A DNA stretch of 63,641 nt, counting the filler, from Chiloscyllium plagiosum (taxonomy: Eukaryota): assembly GCF_004010195.1 (NCBI RefSeq). It is 4 parts of one record of this genome, joined end to end, with 100 filler letters (N's around TTAATTAATTAA, not from the genome) between each part and the next. Parts side by side here need not be neighbours in the genome. Positions count along the whole stretch, not along the records: positions 21,956 to 46,772 come from NC_057710.1; positions 46,873 to 58,611 come from NC_057710.1; 2 more parts are not named here. One strand, 5' to 3'. The notes under the pieces are model-generated. The model did not search any database. It was not told the origin of the DNA and worked only from the letters and a program-made list of their open reading frames with translations. Shown in pieces: positions 38,216-51,890 of the stretch. How positions within the stretch are numbered: position 1 is the stretch's first letter; every line of letters begins with the position of its first letter. The position numbers and the translations under genes are program-made.

Positions 38216-38920
38216 GGATCAAATGCTTATGGATTCAATAGAACATCTGATACAGAAAAGTATGTTGGGGGTTTCTTTTTATACATACAAAATAAAATTT
38301 TATGACACAATCATACAGTTAGACAATAAAATATACCGAAAAAACTAGGCCATTCAGCCCATCGAGTTTGCAGCAGATTAAATAATCCATTCCCCCTCAA
38401 ACCTGGACAAGTTCATATCTCTGTATGATCTTCATTTCAGAATTGCTAGAAGTTGAACCTTTTGATCTTGTACTCAACAGAACTAGGGCTTGAGAAACAG
38501 ACTTGAAAAGAAGCACCATTTTATGTAGCATGAGACAGGGTGGTATTGGTTGGGTCATCATTAGCATGTAGAAGCAGCAAGAACTGTTAACGTTAAGCTT
38601 CCTGCCTGATCTGAGAGTTCCAATTGGTCAGGTCATTGAAAAGGGATGCAGCCGAGTCCATGGCCCATTTTTTTGAAGAAAGGTGCAATGTATGTACAAA
38701 CTCCTTTGACCAGTGTGATGCCAGGTATCTTCGTATGTCTGAATGGCTAACAGACTGCAAACAAACACATCTCACGCCACTCAAACTCAACCATTCTGTG
38801 CTTCCTTGCCTCAGAAAAGAAAATCCATTAGATGCGACTCTACAACTGGAAATCATTTATTAAGCAACTGGACTGTGGCAGCCAGACTTACAATATGATG
38901 TATTTGCATATGATAGAAAC

Positions 38921-38923
<3 letters not shown>

Positions 38924-38952
<29 letters not shown>
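38924..38952. repeat. (CA)n microsatellite
   Basis: About 14 uninterrupted CA units. Confidence 0.95.
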
Positions 38953-38955
<3 letters not shown>

Positions 38956-39435
38956 CTGTTTTATGTAGGCAAAATGCAATGGATTAATATCCTTGTCTGT
39001 TAACACATGAACTCTGAAAAACCTGAAGATCCATAATTGGTGGAATTAGTGAAAACTGAAGCAATGAAAAAAATATAAAACCAAACCCTTACCACTTCTG
39101 GATTAAAACTGAATAAATCTCATTGTTATAGCAAAATACAAATGCTGTTGAACAAAGTTTCTTGAAGACTGAGTAGTATTATTTTTGGGGAAAGAGAATT
39201 AGGGATATTGCATAAAGGGTGAATTAGAGATGTGCAGTTGTTACTTTTGTGTCTAGCAGAGTAGGCTCAATGGCCTATATGGTTTACTCTTGTTTGAATT
39301 TCATTTCTTTATTAAATACTGTTGAATGGTATACTCATAACTGCTAATGCAGGGAACGTATGTTTACAAAATATTTTATTGCTTTACTAATTGCTTCTTT
39401 GTTTGTGAAATATAGTCAACTGAATTTAGACATAC

Positions 39436-39543
39436 CTTTCCATCATTGTCAAAGGAGTCAAAAAAAATACCAACACCATTCCATGAATCAGCTGCTCCAA
39501 AAACTGGGCCATCTAATCCTTGATCTACTGTGTACCAGATTGC
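39436..39543 (-). CDS. LMAN1: LMAN1 exon 3 (lectin domain)
   Basis: 108 bp; AIWYTVDQGLDGPVFGAADSWNGVGIFFDSFDNDGK; TAG acceptor, GTATGT donor. Confidence 0.97.
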
Positions 39544-39636
39544 CTAAACAGAGAGAGATGGCAAAAATAGTGCATGACAATTTCAAACATCTCAATCATT
39601 CTGAACAGGTATTCTGCTAAAGTAACAGATCATTAC

Positions 39637-39791
39637 CAAACCATCAGCTCCAACCCGTCCTCTCCCTGTCACACGGAAAGTAACTTCAATTTCCCAGTTT
39701 TCAAAACTAAATTTGCTTTTTGTCCAAACAGATCCCTTCTGACTTTTCAGTGATGGTGTTATACGGATTTGATCAGCACTTGGTATTGCAT
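39637..39791 (-). CDS. LMAN1: LMAN1 exon 2 (lectin domain)
   Basis: 155 bp; AIPSADQIRITPSLKSQKGSVWTKSKFSFENWEIEVTFRVTGRGRVGADGL; TAG acceptor, GTAATG donor; 93-bp intron to exon 3. Confidence 0.97.
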
Positions 39792-42744
39792 CTAAACAAA
39801 AAAATAAAGAAAATCTCTTAACATATGCAGTTACAAAGGACAGTTAAGCATTTAACCTAACTAAACCATTTTTTCCATGGATAACAATTCTTGATGTCAG
39901 CAACAAACTATAACATAAATCCCCTCACAGAAAACTCTGAATATTCATTGCTCAAAAAAAAAGATGCAAAACATCATGGAGTTAAATATTTCACAAGGTC
40001 CAACATGTTGAAGTAATACAAATTACAAGACTCAAGAAGTAAAAGCTTGCTTTCAATTTGACTGCTATTGAAAAAGTGTACTTGCTGCAAACAGGAGATC
40101 CACTAGCCCATTTATACAATGAAGCCAAAAAAGGAATCAGTAGCAGCATGTTAAGAGCAGTTATTTTGGGGACTTTACAGTATAGTGATATTTAGGCTTA
40201 CCAGGGACTCGGCTACCTCACATTTCAGTAAAGCCTGGAATTCATGCTTAAATTATTTATGAAGCTTTTTTTAGAACTGGAAAAAGCGATCTGCTAGTAG
40301 CACAGCTGTTTAATTTGGTTCAGATGTTACACTTAGATGTCTGCCTGTAAAACAAACACCAGCAGCTACAGTCAATGATGTGGCACTGTTCTTCCATTGA
40401 TCATTTAATGGAGAAATGCAAGAAGATGCATGGCACTACAGATTTCATGTGACATGTTCTCAAATTTTCAAATGTTTAGAATTTTCTCATTTAACTGATG
40501 CAATATTGGCCAAAGAGATCACACTGAAAGAGAATTTTTAATGCAAACAGTTTTTAAGTTTGATTACTACCAAAATAAAAATACATTCTTGCAATAACAA
40601 AACAGGTTTTATGCTGGACTACTGTGTTGAAAGGTTCAGGATATATCATTTGGAAATTTGGGTTAAAAAGTGAACAGAATAGTGCATACCTTTATGTTTG
40701 AGAGGGGTATGTATGCACAAGTAATAATGTCCCTACATCTGGATCAGAAGGCTCAGGCTTAAGTCTTACTTGCTCCAGAAGTGTGTTAGAACATCTCTGA
40801 ACATGTTGGTTAGATAATATATATATATAGCTTTACATTTGATTTGTATTTCAACTCAATGAACATTATCAAGGGGAGGCAGTTTTAGTTTCAAATGAGT
40901 TCTAAGAGTGGTGTAGCATTGACTGGAAATTTGCTTATATGTATTAAAATTAGGGACTTATAATATTTGATGTTAACAGTTTAGTGCTTAGAAACTGGGA
41001 CAGAACAAAGAAATATTTGGGAAATTGCCTAGCAACAACATGCACTATGACAAGGAAGACAAAAAAAATCTTTTAGAAGATCAGAACCATCCAAAAAGGT
41101 CAGTGCAAGTGTGCAGGTTTTTTGCAGGCAGGTGGGTGGAGGTTGGAGAGGTGTAGAGAGAAAAGGAAAGCAAGTCAGCAAGACAATGCCTGTGAATTAT
41201 CAAGTCTACTTTAGTAGTTTCCAAAACAATCAAGTCAGAAGAAAAACCTTGAGTGGCTTAACGTCAGAAGGAGAAAAGCTCCAAAAATAGCAAAGTGTGG
41301 AAGAGGAGTTTAAGGAACCCATGTTAAGAAATATATTAGCTATTGTATATTAGCAGTTAGGTGTCTCGGGAGGCAAGTAAATAAATTCATTGAGTGAATG
41401 CAGAAGTTTGTCTAAAGGCAACCCATTATAGCCATGATTAAGGAAGCAAGTGTTTGTAGTGAAAATACACCCAAATTGGTTTAGTTTTTTTTCTTGACAT
41501 CATGCATATTTTGACAGTGTATTTCCATAAGATTTATTAACCCAAACAGAAACCAACTGATATTTCACCAGTACCATCTATTAAGATACATTGTGTTGAT
41601 AAATATTTTTAAAAAGTGACCAAGTCCAAGGATGGGATTAATCTTTGGGCTCAGCTATTGCCCACTTTACCAATGGGTTTGGCGATTTTGAAATTGATAA
41701 AAAAAACTGCAAAATAAATCTTTAAAAAATGTCTCACCAAAGAAGCAGACTGTATGAAGTGTAGATATTGAGATCACTTTTTTTTTTGTCATGTATCATA
41801 CTTCCAAACTGCATCCAATGGTTCCTGTGGCATAGTGGGAACTGCCCCTGTCTTGAGTCAGGGGACTATGGTTCAAATCCCACCTGCTCCAAAGGTGTAA
41901 TAACATCACTGAACAGGTTGATTTGAAAGATTATTCAAATTGTATCCACATAGATGGGATGCAGGAACCACTTTAGTATTCATGAATTCAATAGAAAAGA
42001 CTGGCACTTCTGTCACAATATCTCAAGTCTATTTGTTTATCCTGATTTTTTTTTAAGCCCAGAGAGGCTAATTTATTCCCACTTTTCAATGTCATAACAA
42101 GATGAAATAGCTGTAATACTTGATCAATATCATGTAGAAATGCTGAAAATAAAAAGGAGTTGGAGAAAGCTTTCTTTGAACTTGTTCTGCCATTGAGTTG
42201 ATCACCCAACTCAATAGCCTGATCTTGATTTTCCTTGTTCTTTTTCATCCCTCTAACCCCCAAGTACTACATCCATCTCCTTCTTGAAATCATAGAATAT
42301 TTTGGCCTCAACTGCCTTCTGGTGTAGCAACTTCCACAGGCTCGCTACTCTTTGGCTGAAAAGATTTCTTGTCTCAGTCCTAAGTAACTATGACCCCTAT
42401 TCTGGATCCCCCACCCCAGCCCATCAAGACCTGTTTGATTTTTACAGTTTCCCCTCTCATTTTTCCGAACTCCAGCAAATATAATCCTAACCAATTTAAC
42501 CTCTTTGTTAGTCCCGCCATCCTAGAAATCAGTATGGTAAACCTCTGCTGTACTTTCTCTACAGCAACATCCTTTCTTAGTTAAGGAGACCAATCTGCAC
42601 ATAATATTCAAGGTGTGGTCTCATGAAGGCCCTGTATAATTGCATGAAGACATCCCCACTCCTGTATTCAAGTCATCTCACTATGAAGGACACTCACTGA
42701 TTATTGTTAGTTGTACATTTTGGCTGCTTGGAGTTGCTTGGTTG

Positions 42745-43152
42745 TTCAAAGTCTGAGAAAAGATTTGTAGCTCAGGTGCTTGTTGTTGTGGTCCTGTTCG
42801 CCGAGCTGGAAATTTGTGTTGCAGACGTTTCGTCCTCTGTCTAGGTGACATCCTCAGTGCTTAGGAGCCTCCTGTGAATCTATGGATGAGTGCCATGCCT
42901 CTAGGAATTCACTGGCTGTTCTCTGTTTGGCTTGTCCTATAATAGTAGCGTTGTCCCAGTCGAATTCATGTTGCTTGTCATCTGCGTGTGTGGCTAAGGA
43001 TAGTCATGTCGTTTCGTGGCTAGTTGGTGTTCATGGATGTGGATCGTTAGATGCCGGAGGAAAGATCACAGGAGCGCTTCACAGGAGGCTCCCAACCACT
43101 GAGGATGTCACCTAGACAGGGGACGAAATGTCTGCAACACAAATTCCCAACT
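42745..43152. mobile_element. PLE family B fold-back insertion
   Basis: Minus-strand copy 42745-43045 (endonuclease remnant plus terminus) followed by an inverted + copy at 43050-43152. Confidence 0.8.
42821..42860 (-). ncRNA. Minimal hammerhead ribozyme motif (family B), sense to LMAN1
   Basis: GCA-CUGAGGA-U-GUC(ACCUAGACAGAG)GAC-GAAA-CGUC|UGC, core intact. Confidence 0.7.
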
Positions 43153-43187
43153 TGCTTCCCAGCCTGCCACAAAATCTACCAAACGTA

Positions 43188-44088
43188 TTATAGAGTCATA
43201 GGATCATAGAGATATACAGCACAGAAACAGACCCTTTGGTCCAACTTGTCCTTGTTGACCAGATATCCTAAATAAATCAAATCCCATTTACCAGCATTTG
43301 GCCTTTATTCTTCTAAACCTTTCCTATTCATATATCCATCCAGATGCCTTTTAAATGTTGTAACTGTACCAGCCTCCACTAGTTCTTCTGGCAGCTCATT
43401 CCAAACATGGTGAAGAAGTTGCCCCTTAGGTCCCTTTTAAATCTTTCCCCTCTCACCTTAGACCTATACCCTCCTAGTTTTGGAATCCTCCCACTCCAGG
43501 GAAAATCTCATCTATTTACCCTCTCCACGTCCCTTATGATTACATAAACCTCTGTAAGGTCACCCCTCAGCCTCCAAAGTTCCAGGGAAAATAACCCCAA
43601 TCTATTCAGCCTCTCCTAATAGGCTCAAACCCTCCAACCCTGGCAACATCTTTGTAAATCTTTGCTGAACACTTTCAAGATTCACAACATCTTTCCCATA
43701 GCAGGGAGACCAGGATTGTACACAGTATTCCAATAGTGGTCTAACCAATGTCTTGTACAGCTGTAACATAACCTGACAATTCCTATACTCAATGCACTGA
43801 TCAATAAAAGGTAAGCATACCAAGCACCTTCTTCACTATCTTATCTATTTGTGATTCTTTCAAGAAATTATGAACCTGCACTCCAAGATCTCTTTGCTCA
43901 GCAACACTCCCCAGGACCTTACCATTACATATATAAGTCCTGCCCTTATTTGCCTTTCCAAGATGCACCACCTCACATCTGCCACTCCTCAGCCTATTGG
44001 CCCATCTGATCAAGATCCCGTTGTACTCTGAGGTAACCTTCTTTGCTGTCCATTACACCTCCAAGTTTGGTGTCATCTGCAAATTTAT
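43188..44088 (-). mobile_element. CR1/HER1 3' ~900 bp
   Basis: KFADDTK...RDLGVQVH...LYKTLVRPLLEYCVQSWSP plus CATAGAG tail. Confidence 0.88.
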
Positions 44089-44938
44089 CTTTTGATTTCA
44101 ACCAAGGAATTCCAAATCAAAAATATGAATGTTTAATGTCTCAATCTTTACAATAAAGCAAAACACTCCCGAATTTGACAATTGTTGTAATCAGAATATA
44201 TCAATAATATTTCAAATTTTAAAATAGGAGAAGGTACTGATCTTTATTCTTTAGTCTGGACGTGCACGTATTTCTGGTAAAAAGAAAAAATTTTTTGCCC
44301 TTGCCTCGTGGTTTAAAGATTTTACTGCAATCTTGCTTTTTTTTCTCTCCATATAGCTGATGTCAAGCTGAAAATAATGTAGTCAAGTTGTTGTGCCAAA
44401 GAATTGTCTCAGTAGTAAAGTACATCACTGTGAAGCTTGCTTTGTTGCTAGATATGAATTAGACATGGAACAGAATGAAATATTTGTTTCATGTTCTAGC
44501 TGACCAGTAACTGAGTTTAAAAATTTCTAATGAAAGATTAATGATTTTAAACATTAAATTGTCTCAGCACAGACACTTGTAGTGTTTACAATTTTCAATT
44601 CAGATTTCAAGTATTCACAGCATTTTGCATCTCTGACATTTAGATTTGTGTAACAAGAATATGTCTCTATTATTGTTTGGGTCTCTCTCCCAGGTCTTTC
44701 CTGGAAATTGCGAGCTTTTATGACTTCATGAACTCCACTCATCTTTCTAAGCTTCACCAACATTGAAGTTACATAGTGAATAAACTTACACATGTTAATG
44801 TGGAGATTAGGTTTCCCTTGATTAACTTGGACTCCCAATTTTTTCATGGAACAGTGCAGGTAATTAGGGTGTTTGGTCAATTCAAGAGTTCACATGTCAC
44901 AATGAATAGTCAGTTGAACATCACCTTAACTACTTCTA

Positions 44939-45815
44939 TGACGTGGAGGAGCCAGTGTTAAACTAGGATGGACAAAGTTAGAAATCACAACACCAGATTA
45001 TAGGCCAACAGGTTTATTTGGAAGCACTAGCTTTTGCAGCACTGCTCCTTCATCAGGTGGTCATGGAGTATAAGATCATACGTCACAGAATTTATAGCAA
45101 AAGTTTACAGTGATAGTGATTTACTGAACAAACCTGGATTGTTAAATCTTTCACTCTTAAGAATTCAGGTTTTGGTTCATTAATATGTAAATCCCAGAAC
45201 TTCTTTTAAGTTACCTTCGAGATAACTTAAGGTTTTATAACAAAAGGATGACATCTCGGCTCAGACGATGCATTCAAGGTGCGAGGTCAGAGTCTGTCTG
45301 TATCCCACCTTTGAGTCAGAGTGGTTCTATTTCCAAAATGGAATTTACAAAGTATTACATGTATTGACTGCCTGCATTGACTACTGGCAGGTTGTGCAAT
45401 CTTTGAGCAAAATAGAATGTATCTGCAAATTCTGTTGATTGTTGTGCACATGTGTCCTTTCACTGCAATCACCAGACAGGGGTGTTCTCTCCCAGTCAGG
45501 CACACATACTCATGCAAATCCTCTCTAATAAACACGCTCTCTCATAAACACCCCCCCACACTCTCACTCACCCACGCGCACACCCTCTCACAAACTTATA
45601 CTCCACCACACCCACACTCTACCAAGCTTCACACACACACTCTCACATACACTCAAATGTGCACACCATCTCATGCACGCGCGCGTGCGCGCACACAGAG
45701 ACACACACAGGGTGAATTTGTATTTGCAGATACGTTCTATTTTGCTCAAAACATGCACAATCTGCAGGCAGACAATACATGTAATATTTTGTTTAATGTT
45801 GTGTGATTTTAATCT
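44939..45815 (-). mobile_element. PLE-type family D insertion with 13-bp TSD, internal inversion and (CA)/(GC)-rich tract
   Basis: TSD TTAACTACTTCTA at 44926-38 and 45816-28. Decayed hammerhead at ~45025-45059. Segment 45720-45790 is inverted relative to 45350-45430. Confidence 0.65.
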
Positions 45816-46626
45816 TTAACTACTTCTAGTTCATACTGATACACAGCACTTCATTAGTGTGAACAGAACAATTATCACTAACTTCCAAAACACTCTAGCC
45901 AGTGTTGTTTCCAAATTTCTGTCACCATGACACTGGGTTGCATTTTAGTAACCACCTTCTTGGAGAATGCCAGCATATGGTCAGCTTCATTCATAGATCA
46001 ATGTAATCACATTGTATGGGATTGCCACAAAAAGTCACTTTCAGAGCATGCTTAGTTTTGTTGTTGCAAAATGGAATGCAGTGAAATGTTGATGTGACTT
46101 CAGGTTTTATTTCCAGAAATCTTCTGTGAAGCTATTCACTTTTTAAAAAATTTATTCTAGTGGTGTAGGTGCTGCAGGCTAGGTCAGCATTTAATAGTCA
46201 TCCCTAAATTGTCCTGGAGAAGACAGTGGAGAGCTGTCTTTTTGAACTGCTGCAATCTTTGCAGTATAGGGACACCCACAGCACTGTTAGGAAAGTAGTT
46301 CCATTATTTTGACCCAATGACAAAAAAAAATGGAATATAGTTCCAAGTCAGGATGGTACAAGACTCGGTGGAGACCGTACAGGTGGTGTACATGCTGTCC
46401 TTGTCTAGAACCATAGAATCCTTACAGTATGGAAAGAGGCCATTGAGTTATGCACTGTTCCTTTGAAGAGCATCCCATCCAGATGAGGTTCTTCACCCTA
46501 TCCCTGTAACCTACATTTACCATGGCTAATCCATATAGCCAGCACATTCCTAGACACTATGGACAATTTCTGGATCAGTGCTGCTGGAAGAGCACAGCAA
46601 TTCAGGCAGCATCCGAGGAGCTTCGA

Positions 46627-46662
46627 AATCAACGTTTCGGGCAAAAGCCCTTCATCAGGAAT
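46627..46662 (-). ncRNA. Minimal hammerhead ribozyme motif (family A)
   Basis: CUGAUGA-A-GGGC(UUUU)GCCC-GAAA-CGUU|GAUU, core 46631-46658. Confidence 0.62.
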
Positions 46663-46772
46663 AAAGGCAGAGAGCCTGAAATGTGGAGAGATAAGCTAGA
46701 GGAGGGTGGGGGTGGGGATAGAGTAGCATAGAGTACAATAGGTCAGTGGGGGAGGAGATGAAGGTGATAGGT

Positions 46773-46872
46773 NNNNNNNNNNNNNNNNNNNNNNNNNNNN
46801 NNNNNNNNNNNNNNNNTTAATTAATTAANNNNNNNNNNNNNNNNNNNNNNNNNNNNNNNNNNNNNNNNNNNN
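46773..46872. other. Scaffold gap spacer
   Basis: 44 N + TTAATTAATTAA + 44 N. Confidence 0.95.
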
Positions 46873-48434
46873 CGTGTATCGAAATCGTTAATCCGGAAGC
46901 GTAGGGGGATGAAGGTGAGGCCTCTGCTGAGGACTGATCTCTCATCGTCAGAGAGGGGGAGATCTGGAGGGATGGTGAAAATACGGCAGGGCTGGGAGCT
47001 AGGACCTGGTGTGTGGCTGTAGTTGGGGGGGTGGGGTTAGGCGTGGGGGAGGAGATTGGGTGGGGGCGGAGATCGCCTTGGGGCACGGAGATTGGTGTGG
47101 GGGAGGGGTTAGGTGTGGGGCGGAGATTGGCGCGGGGGCAGACGTCTCCCTTGGCTTGACTAAGGGGGAAGACATGTTGCTGTGCAGCACCCTGTTTCAA
47201 TGTCACGCTATAACATGCGATTGCAAACACAAGTTACTGGAAAAACTCAGCAGGTCTGGCAGCATCAGTAGAGAGAAATCAGAGTTAACATTTCAGGTCC
47301 AATGTTTCCAATTAATAGCGTTTGCAATCCTTTTGGTTTTTATTTGGCATATATGATTGCAGCTCATATAGAGAACACATCAAAGTGTTTTTACCAAATG
47401 ACCATGTATCAAATTCTAAGGAGAGTAGGGGGTCAGTCAAGTCAAATGAGATTGTCGTCAACTATGGGGTCCAACCACACTCAATTGAAGGCAGTACCTG
47501 ATCGCTCTCCAGAGACTTGGACATGGTCAAGTCAGCTACTTGGAATGGTGAGAGTCCGGGCTTCTACATCATTAGCATCTGGGAAGTGGGCCATGGTCAG
47601 TCCAGCAGCTCAAGTGCAACCATTCTGGGAATTAGTGGCATATAACTGGGGCTTGGGTGTAGAGAGATCAGGGTTGGTGTTCCTGATTAGTCAGGAGGGT
47701 CAGCCACAATCAGTCCTGAGGCTCTGTTTACTGCAAATTGAGGCAGATTAATGGGGAAAAACTGCTGAGGTGAGCAAACTGGGGAAGGCAATTGCAGGGA
47801 TTGGAAGCAGCATTGTTGGATGCAGGGATGAAATAACTGTGACCAAGAGAAATTGAACATTACAACGCTGAGCAACAATAGTGCGCTGTGAGAGGGGTTC
47901 ATCAGCAGTCACCACAACCCAGCTTTGATGGAGGTGGGACAGTGCATCATGATAGTTAGCAAAACTAAGCTGAAGGCCCAAGGCTTAGGGATAACACCTA
48001 GGAGATGAAGACTTAAATGAAAAAGTTAGGTGGGAACATGTCGAAGCTCACAACTGATGGCATTGACAAGCAGTGCAAAGATTAAAGGAATTGAGGGAGA
48101 GGAGGGGCAACTTGGATCAAGAGGCTGACCCTGTGACACACTTTGCAAACCATGATGTGTGTGGTCTTCCATCTTCATTGAATTGTAATAGTATAATGGA
48201 AATGAAAACTGTCAGCAATCACACATGGAGTGCATGGACTAAAGTTACGTTTTGACTGAAAAATAGACTGTACAAGTGAGTGATGTGAGGCCCTTCAATG
48301 GTTAGTGCAATTCATCAGCCGGTGACCAACTATTGTATCGTTTGCAACAATGACTTTCTTGGGCGATGCGGAGCGAAAGAGAGTGTGGACCACGTTTTAA
48401 TAATCCTGCTGCATTTACAATTTCTTCTGAGGGT

Positions 48435-48625
48435 TGATTAACATGGACAGCTGGTTTGCGATGCAGAGTAAATGCCAACAGCGTGGCTTCAATGCTCATG
48501 CTGGCTGAGGTCCTTAGAGGCTACTTCGAAAGTCCCTCCTTCTGAACTTGGCTACTTGTCTGAGGTGTGATGACCTTCAGGTTAAACTACTGCCAGTCAG
48601 CTCCCTACTGAGACAGCAGCCCTTT
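48435..48625 (+). mobile_element. Old tRNA-derived SINE with a Meta/MESC-like central domain
   Basis: CTGAGGTGTGATGACCTTCAGGTTAAACTACTGCCAGTCA core preceded by a decayed tRNA-like head; second copy on - at 54462-54677. Confidence 0.5.
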
Positions 48626-51319
48626 TCCTTGTCATTTACCTCCTACTACATGTACTGTGAAATGTTGTTCATGTTTGTTAAAATTTGACCTTGTGTGTGT
48701 ACTCCATCAGTGTGTGGTGTATCTGGGACTTAAATGTAACACGGCAGCAGAATTCCTGCAATCCTAGCTGTGGTGTGTACTCTGTCACTGGTGACCAAAG
48801 GTAGTGTGAAAGCACACCATGGAGACCTGATGCGTATGTAAGGTGAGTAGTGCTTATGGCTTTGATATTCTACAGACTGTTTCTTCTTTCCTTCTGTAAC
48901 TGGTGATAGACAGCTAGAACCTTCAAGGAAAGTGTTGATAACCTGTAATTTTTTCTAAAAGGAGCTCATATTTCTATGATGCTCCTGCTTGTTATGGTAG
49001 CAGAAAGGGAAAACTAATGGAATTTTACAGCATCTACCTTCAAGTTGTCAGGTAGTGACGATCCAGTTTTAATTAATTTTTGCCAGTTCAAAGTCGGATT
49101 TACACACTAAGCTGTATTAGTTGTATGACAGGCTAATTCTACAATTTTAATGCCATATTGTTGTTACGAATTTTCTTAAGATACTTTAGCTCAAGGGTTT
49201 TATGCATTATTAATGCAAACAGCAAGAAGGTGCTACATCAAATCTGAATGTAAAATTCTGATGAATGTCAACATCAGAAAAGATTACAAATATTGCAAAA
49301 GACATGACTTAGTGTATGCAGAGAACTTCAGACAAAATATTCAGACCAGAATGTTATCACTTAATGCAATGAGAAAGTTATAGAAGCATAAAAGCTTTCA
49401 GGTGTAATTACTTCTTCAGATGAACTTTTCAAAGCTGAAAGAATCAAATATGCCAGCCAGTGTGCAAAGGTAAAAAGGTTTGGAAGGGAGAAGCAGGTTA
49501 ATATTTTTGCTCTCACCTTTATCAAAATTTGATTTAGATAAAGCATTATCCTGGATTTTTCAATATCCAGATATTAGAGACACATCACTTGAACTGCCAG
49601 GCTTAGTGAATTTTAATAATTTAATTTACTAATTTCAGTTATTAATATTGCTTTTTATATATGTTGGTAATGTTACCAGCAGTTTGTAAACTATGTTAAA
49701 ATTTAAGATTGGAAAAGATATTATTCACAAAGAATCATTAAATAGTTGCTTCCTTTCTCTGTAGTACAGCAGGAAACAATTCCAATTAGCTCAATGAATC
49801 TAGTTCTGTCTTCAGCAGACTGCCTTTTCTCACCTGCTCCTCTTGGTAACGTCCACTGTTTCCCTAAGAATCTTCCCCTCACTCATTCCTCGAGTTGAGT
49901 CTGATGAGTCAGAGGTGGACTCATTAGCCAAAGCTAGAGGTTTTAAAGTATGCTCTATGTTCAGGTTAACTTTATACTGACAACCCTCACTCTAAATGAC
50001 CACCTGAAAAGTTACGTTGACTCCAAGCCATTCACACCCAACTCAATTTCTCTCTGACACCTGAACTCTCTTGGCACCAGAATGTCACTCTGTTCCTGAC
50101 ATAATTCCCTTAACACCTGACCCCTCTCCAAAGTCCAACACTTCCTTAACAACCTCCAACACCAGACCCCATCCAGCATTCTGTACTCCCTGAAAACCAG
50201 AACCCCAACTCACTGAAATCTGATTAACTTCAACACTCTTCCTGCCGAAATCCCCTGATCCCCAACACCTGATCCACCTTACCCTCTCCCCATTCATCTA
50301 CATCCATTCATCACCCTCATGCCACCAACCTCCACTCACCTACTAGTCCCTCATTCATTTGTCTGCCACCAAGCTAATTTACAAACCTATCCATCACACA
50401 CAAACGCACTACCCTACTTAATTACACATTTGCCACTTTACATCCTCACCAATCTGTCACTCTTTACCCTCATTTACCTTGTGACCTCCCCTTACCTAAC
50501 ACCCTACCTCTCATCCATCTAATATCCTACACAGCCTACATATCAATGGATGTTCCTCATTCACTGTGCTGCCACCCTACCTCATTACCCATATGTCACT
50601 CAAAACCCCTATCAACTCACTTGATACCCTGCTCCCTCACATGGTATCCTACACCCTCACCTATCTGCCACCACACCACCTCACCAACCTTCCACATTAC
50701 TCCCTTACCTGTCTGCCTGGCATCTATAGCCTTACATATCATCCTTCCCCCAACCCACCTGCCACCCTTCTCCCTCACCTCCTTAATCTAGATACTTAGC
50801 TTCTTTTTAAAGCTTGTTGAAGTGCCTTTAGAACCTTTAAACCCTGCAATACAGCCATTCCTGCTGGAATTGAAGGCATAGTTTTGCATCCAACACTGAT
50901 CCTGCACTGTGCATGAAGGTTTCCTGAACTTGTACACAGCATATTTCTCAAGAAGCTTGAATCAGAGGTAAGAATAGGAAACAAAGAGTTTGAAGACAAG
51001 GCAAGCAAAACAAAATGGACTGTCAATCCAACTTTAATTTCCACTCCTTGTAAGATTTGACACATAATAATTAGATTTTTCATGTCTTGCACATTTAAAA
51101 TGAAAGTTGAAGGAGACTAAACTCCGAGTCCAAAGCGCAATTTGCAACTGAATTTTCTGTTTTTAGGTGGGTTATCTAACACTGGTGGAAAAGCACAAGC
51201 AGGTTAAATTTTTCATATTAATTTCACATTTGGACTGAATGTGTGCCCATTTGCGAAGTATCTACATCTTCAATTTGTGAAAATCCAATTTAGTTTGTAA
51301 TTTATAGTTTGCTCAAAGA

Positions 51320-51580
51320 GAAAATGTTTGTAACTGGGGTGGGGTGAGTCACGTGACTCTCGGTATAAATCTCCTGATTGGACAAGTTAACAGCCCCAAT
51401 CAGGGAGGAAGTATGCCTCAGCTTCTGCCTTGTGAGCCTACAATCACACAGGAAAATGTTTGTAACTGGGGTGGGGTGAGTCACGTGACTCTCGGTATAA
51501 ATCTCCTGATTGGACAAGTTAACAGCCCCAATCAGGGAGGACGTATGCCTCAGCTTCTGCCTTGTGACCCTACAATCACA
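51320..51580. repeat. Tandem duplication of a 132-bp unit rich in promoter-type motifs
   Basis: Units start at 51320 and 51452 and are nearly identical. Each has TGAGTCACGTGACTC, TATAAA, ATTGG and CCAAT. Confidence 0.9.
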
Positions 51581-51890
51581 CGGCATCAACATTGACTTTA
51601 CCAGTTTCTATATCTTCCAACCTCTCTACCTCATCCCAGCTCCAATCCTCTAACTCGGCACCGCCCTCTTCCATCTTCCTTCCCACCTAACTGCTCCACC
51701 CTTTCACTGACTTATCACATTCACCTCTCACCTGCATCTTCCTCACGCCATCCCAACAATTTTGCCCTCGGCCCGACACCCACAGTCCCCTTCCTCTTCA
51801 CATTTCTGATGAAGAGCTTATGCCCAAAATGTCAACTCTCCTCCTCGGATGCTGCTTGACATGCTGTGCTTTTTCCAGCATCACACATTT
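51581..51890 (+). mobile_element. PLE family A 3' end (decayed)
   Basis: GGCATCAACATTGACTTTACCAGTTTC (GINIDFTSF), pyrimidine tract, and a decayed core CTGATGA..AAAATGTC. Confidence 0.7.

Larger units (their letters stand above)
46569..47145 (-). mobile_element. PLE family A element spanning gap 2 (ORF N-terminus right of gap, 3' terminus left of gap)
   Basis: Right of gap on -: CRIFTIPPDLPLSDDERSVLSRGLTFIPLR, the PLE N-terminal LS..E..VLS.GL.F.P motif. Left of gap: family A terminus in the same orientation. Confidence 0.75.

Noticed and set aside
47302..47751. 149-aa ORF
   Set aside because: No recognisable domain or exon boundaries; lies in decayed repeat-like DNA.
49980..50790. Long C/A/T-skewed low-complexity tract with several ORFs
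   Set aside because: No stable period or protein similarity; probably decayed simple or TE-internal sequence.
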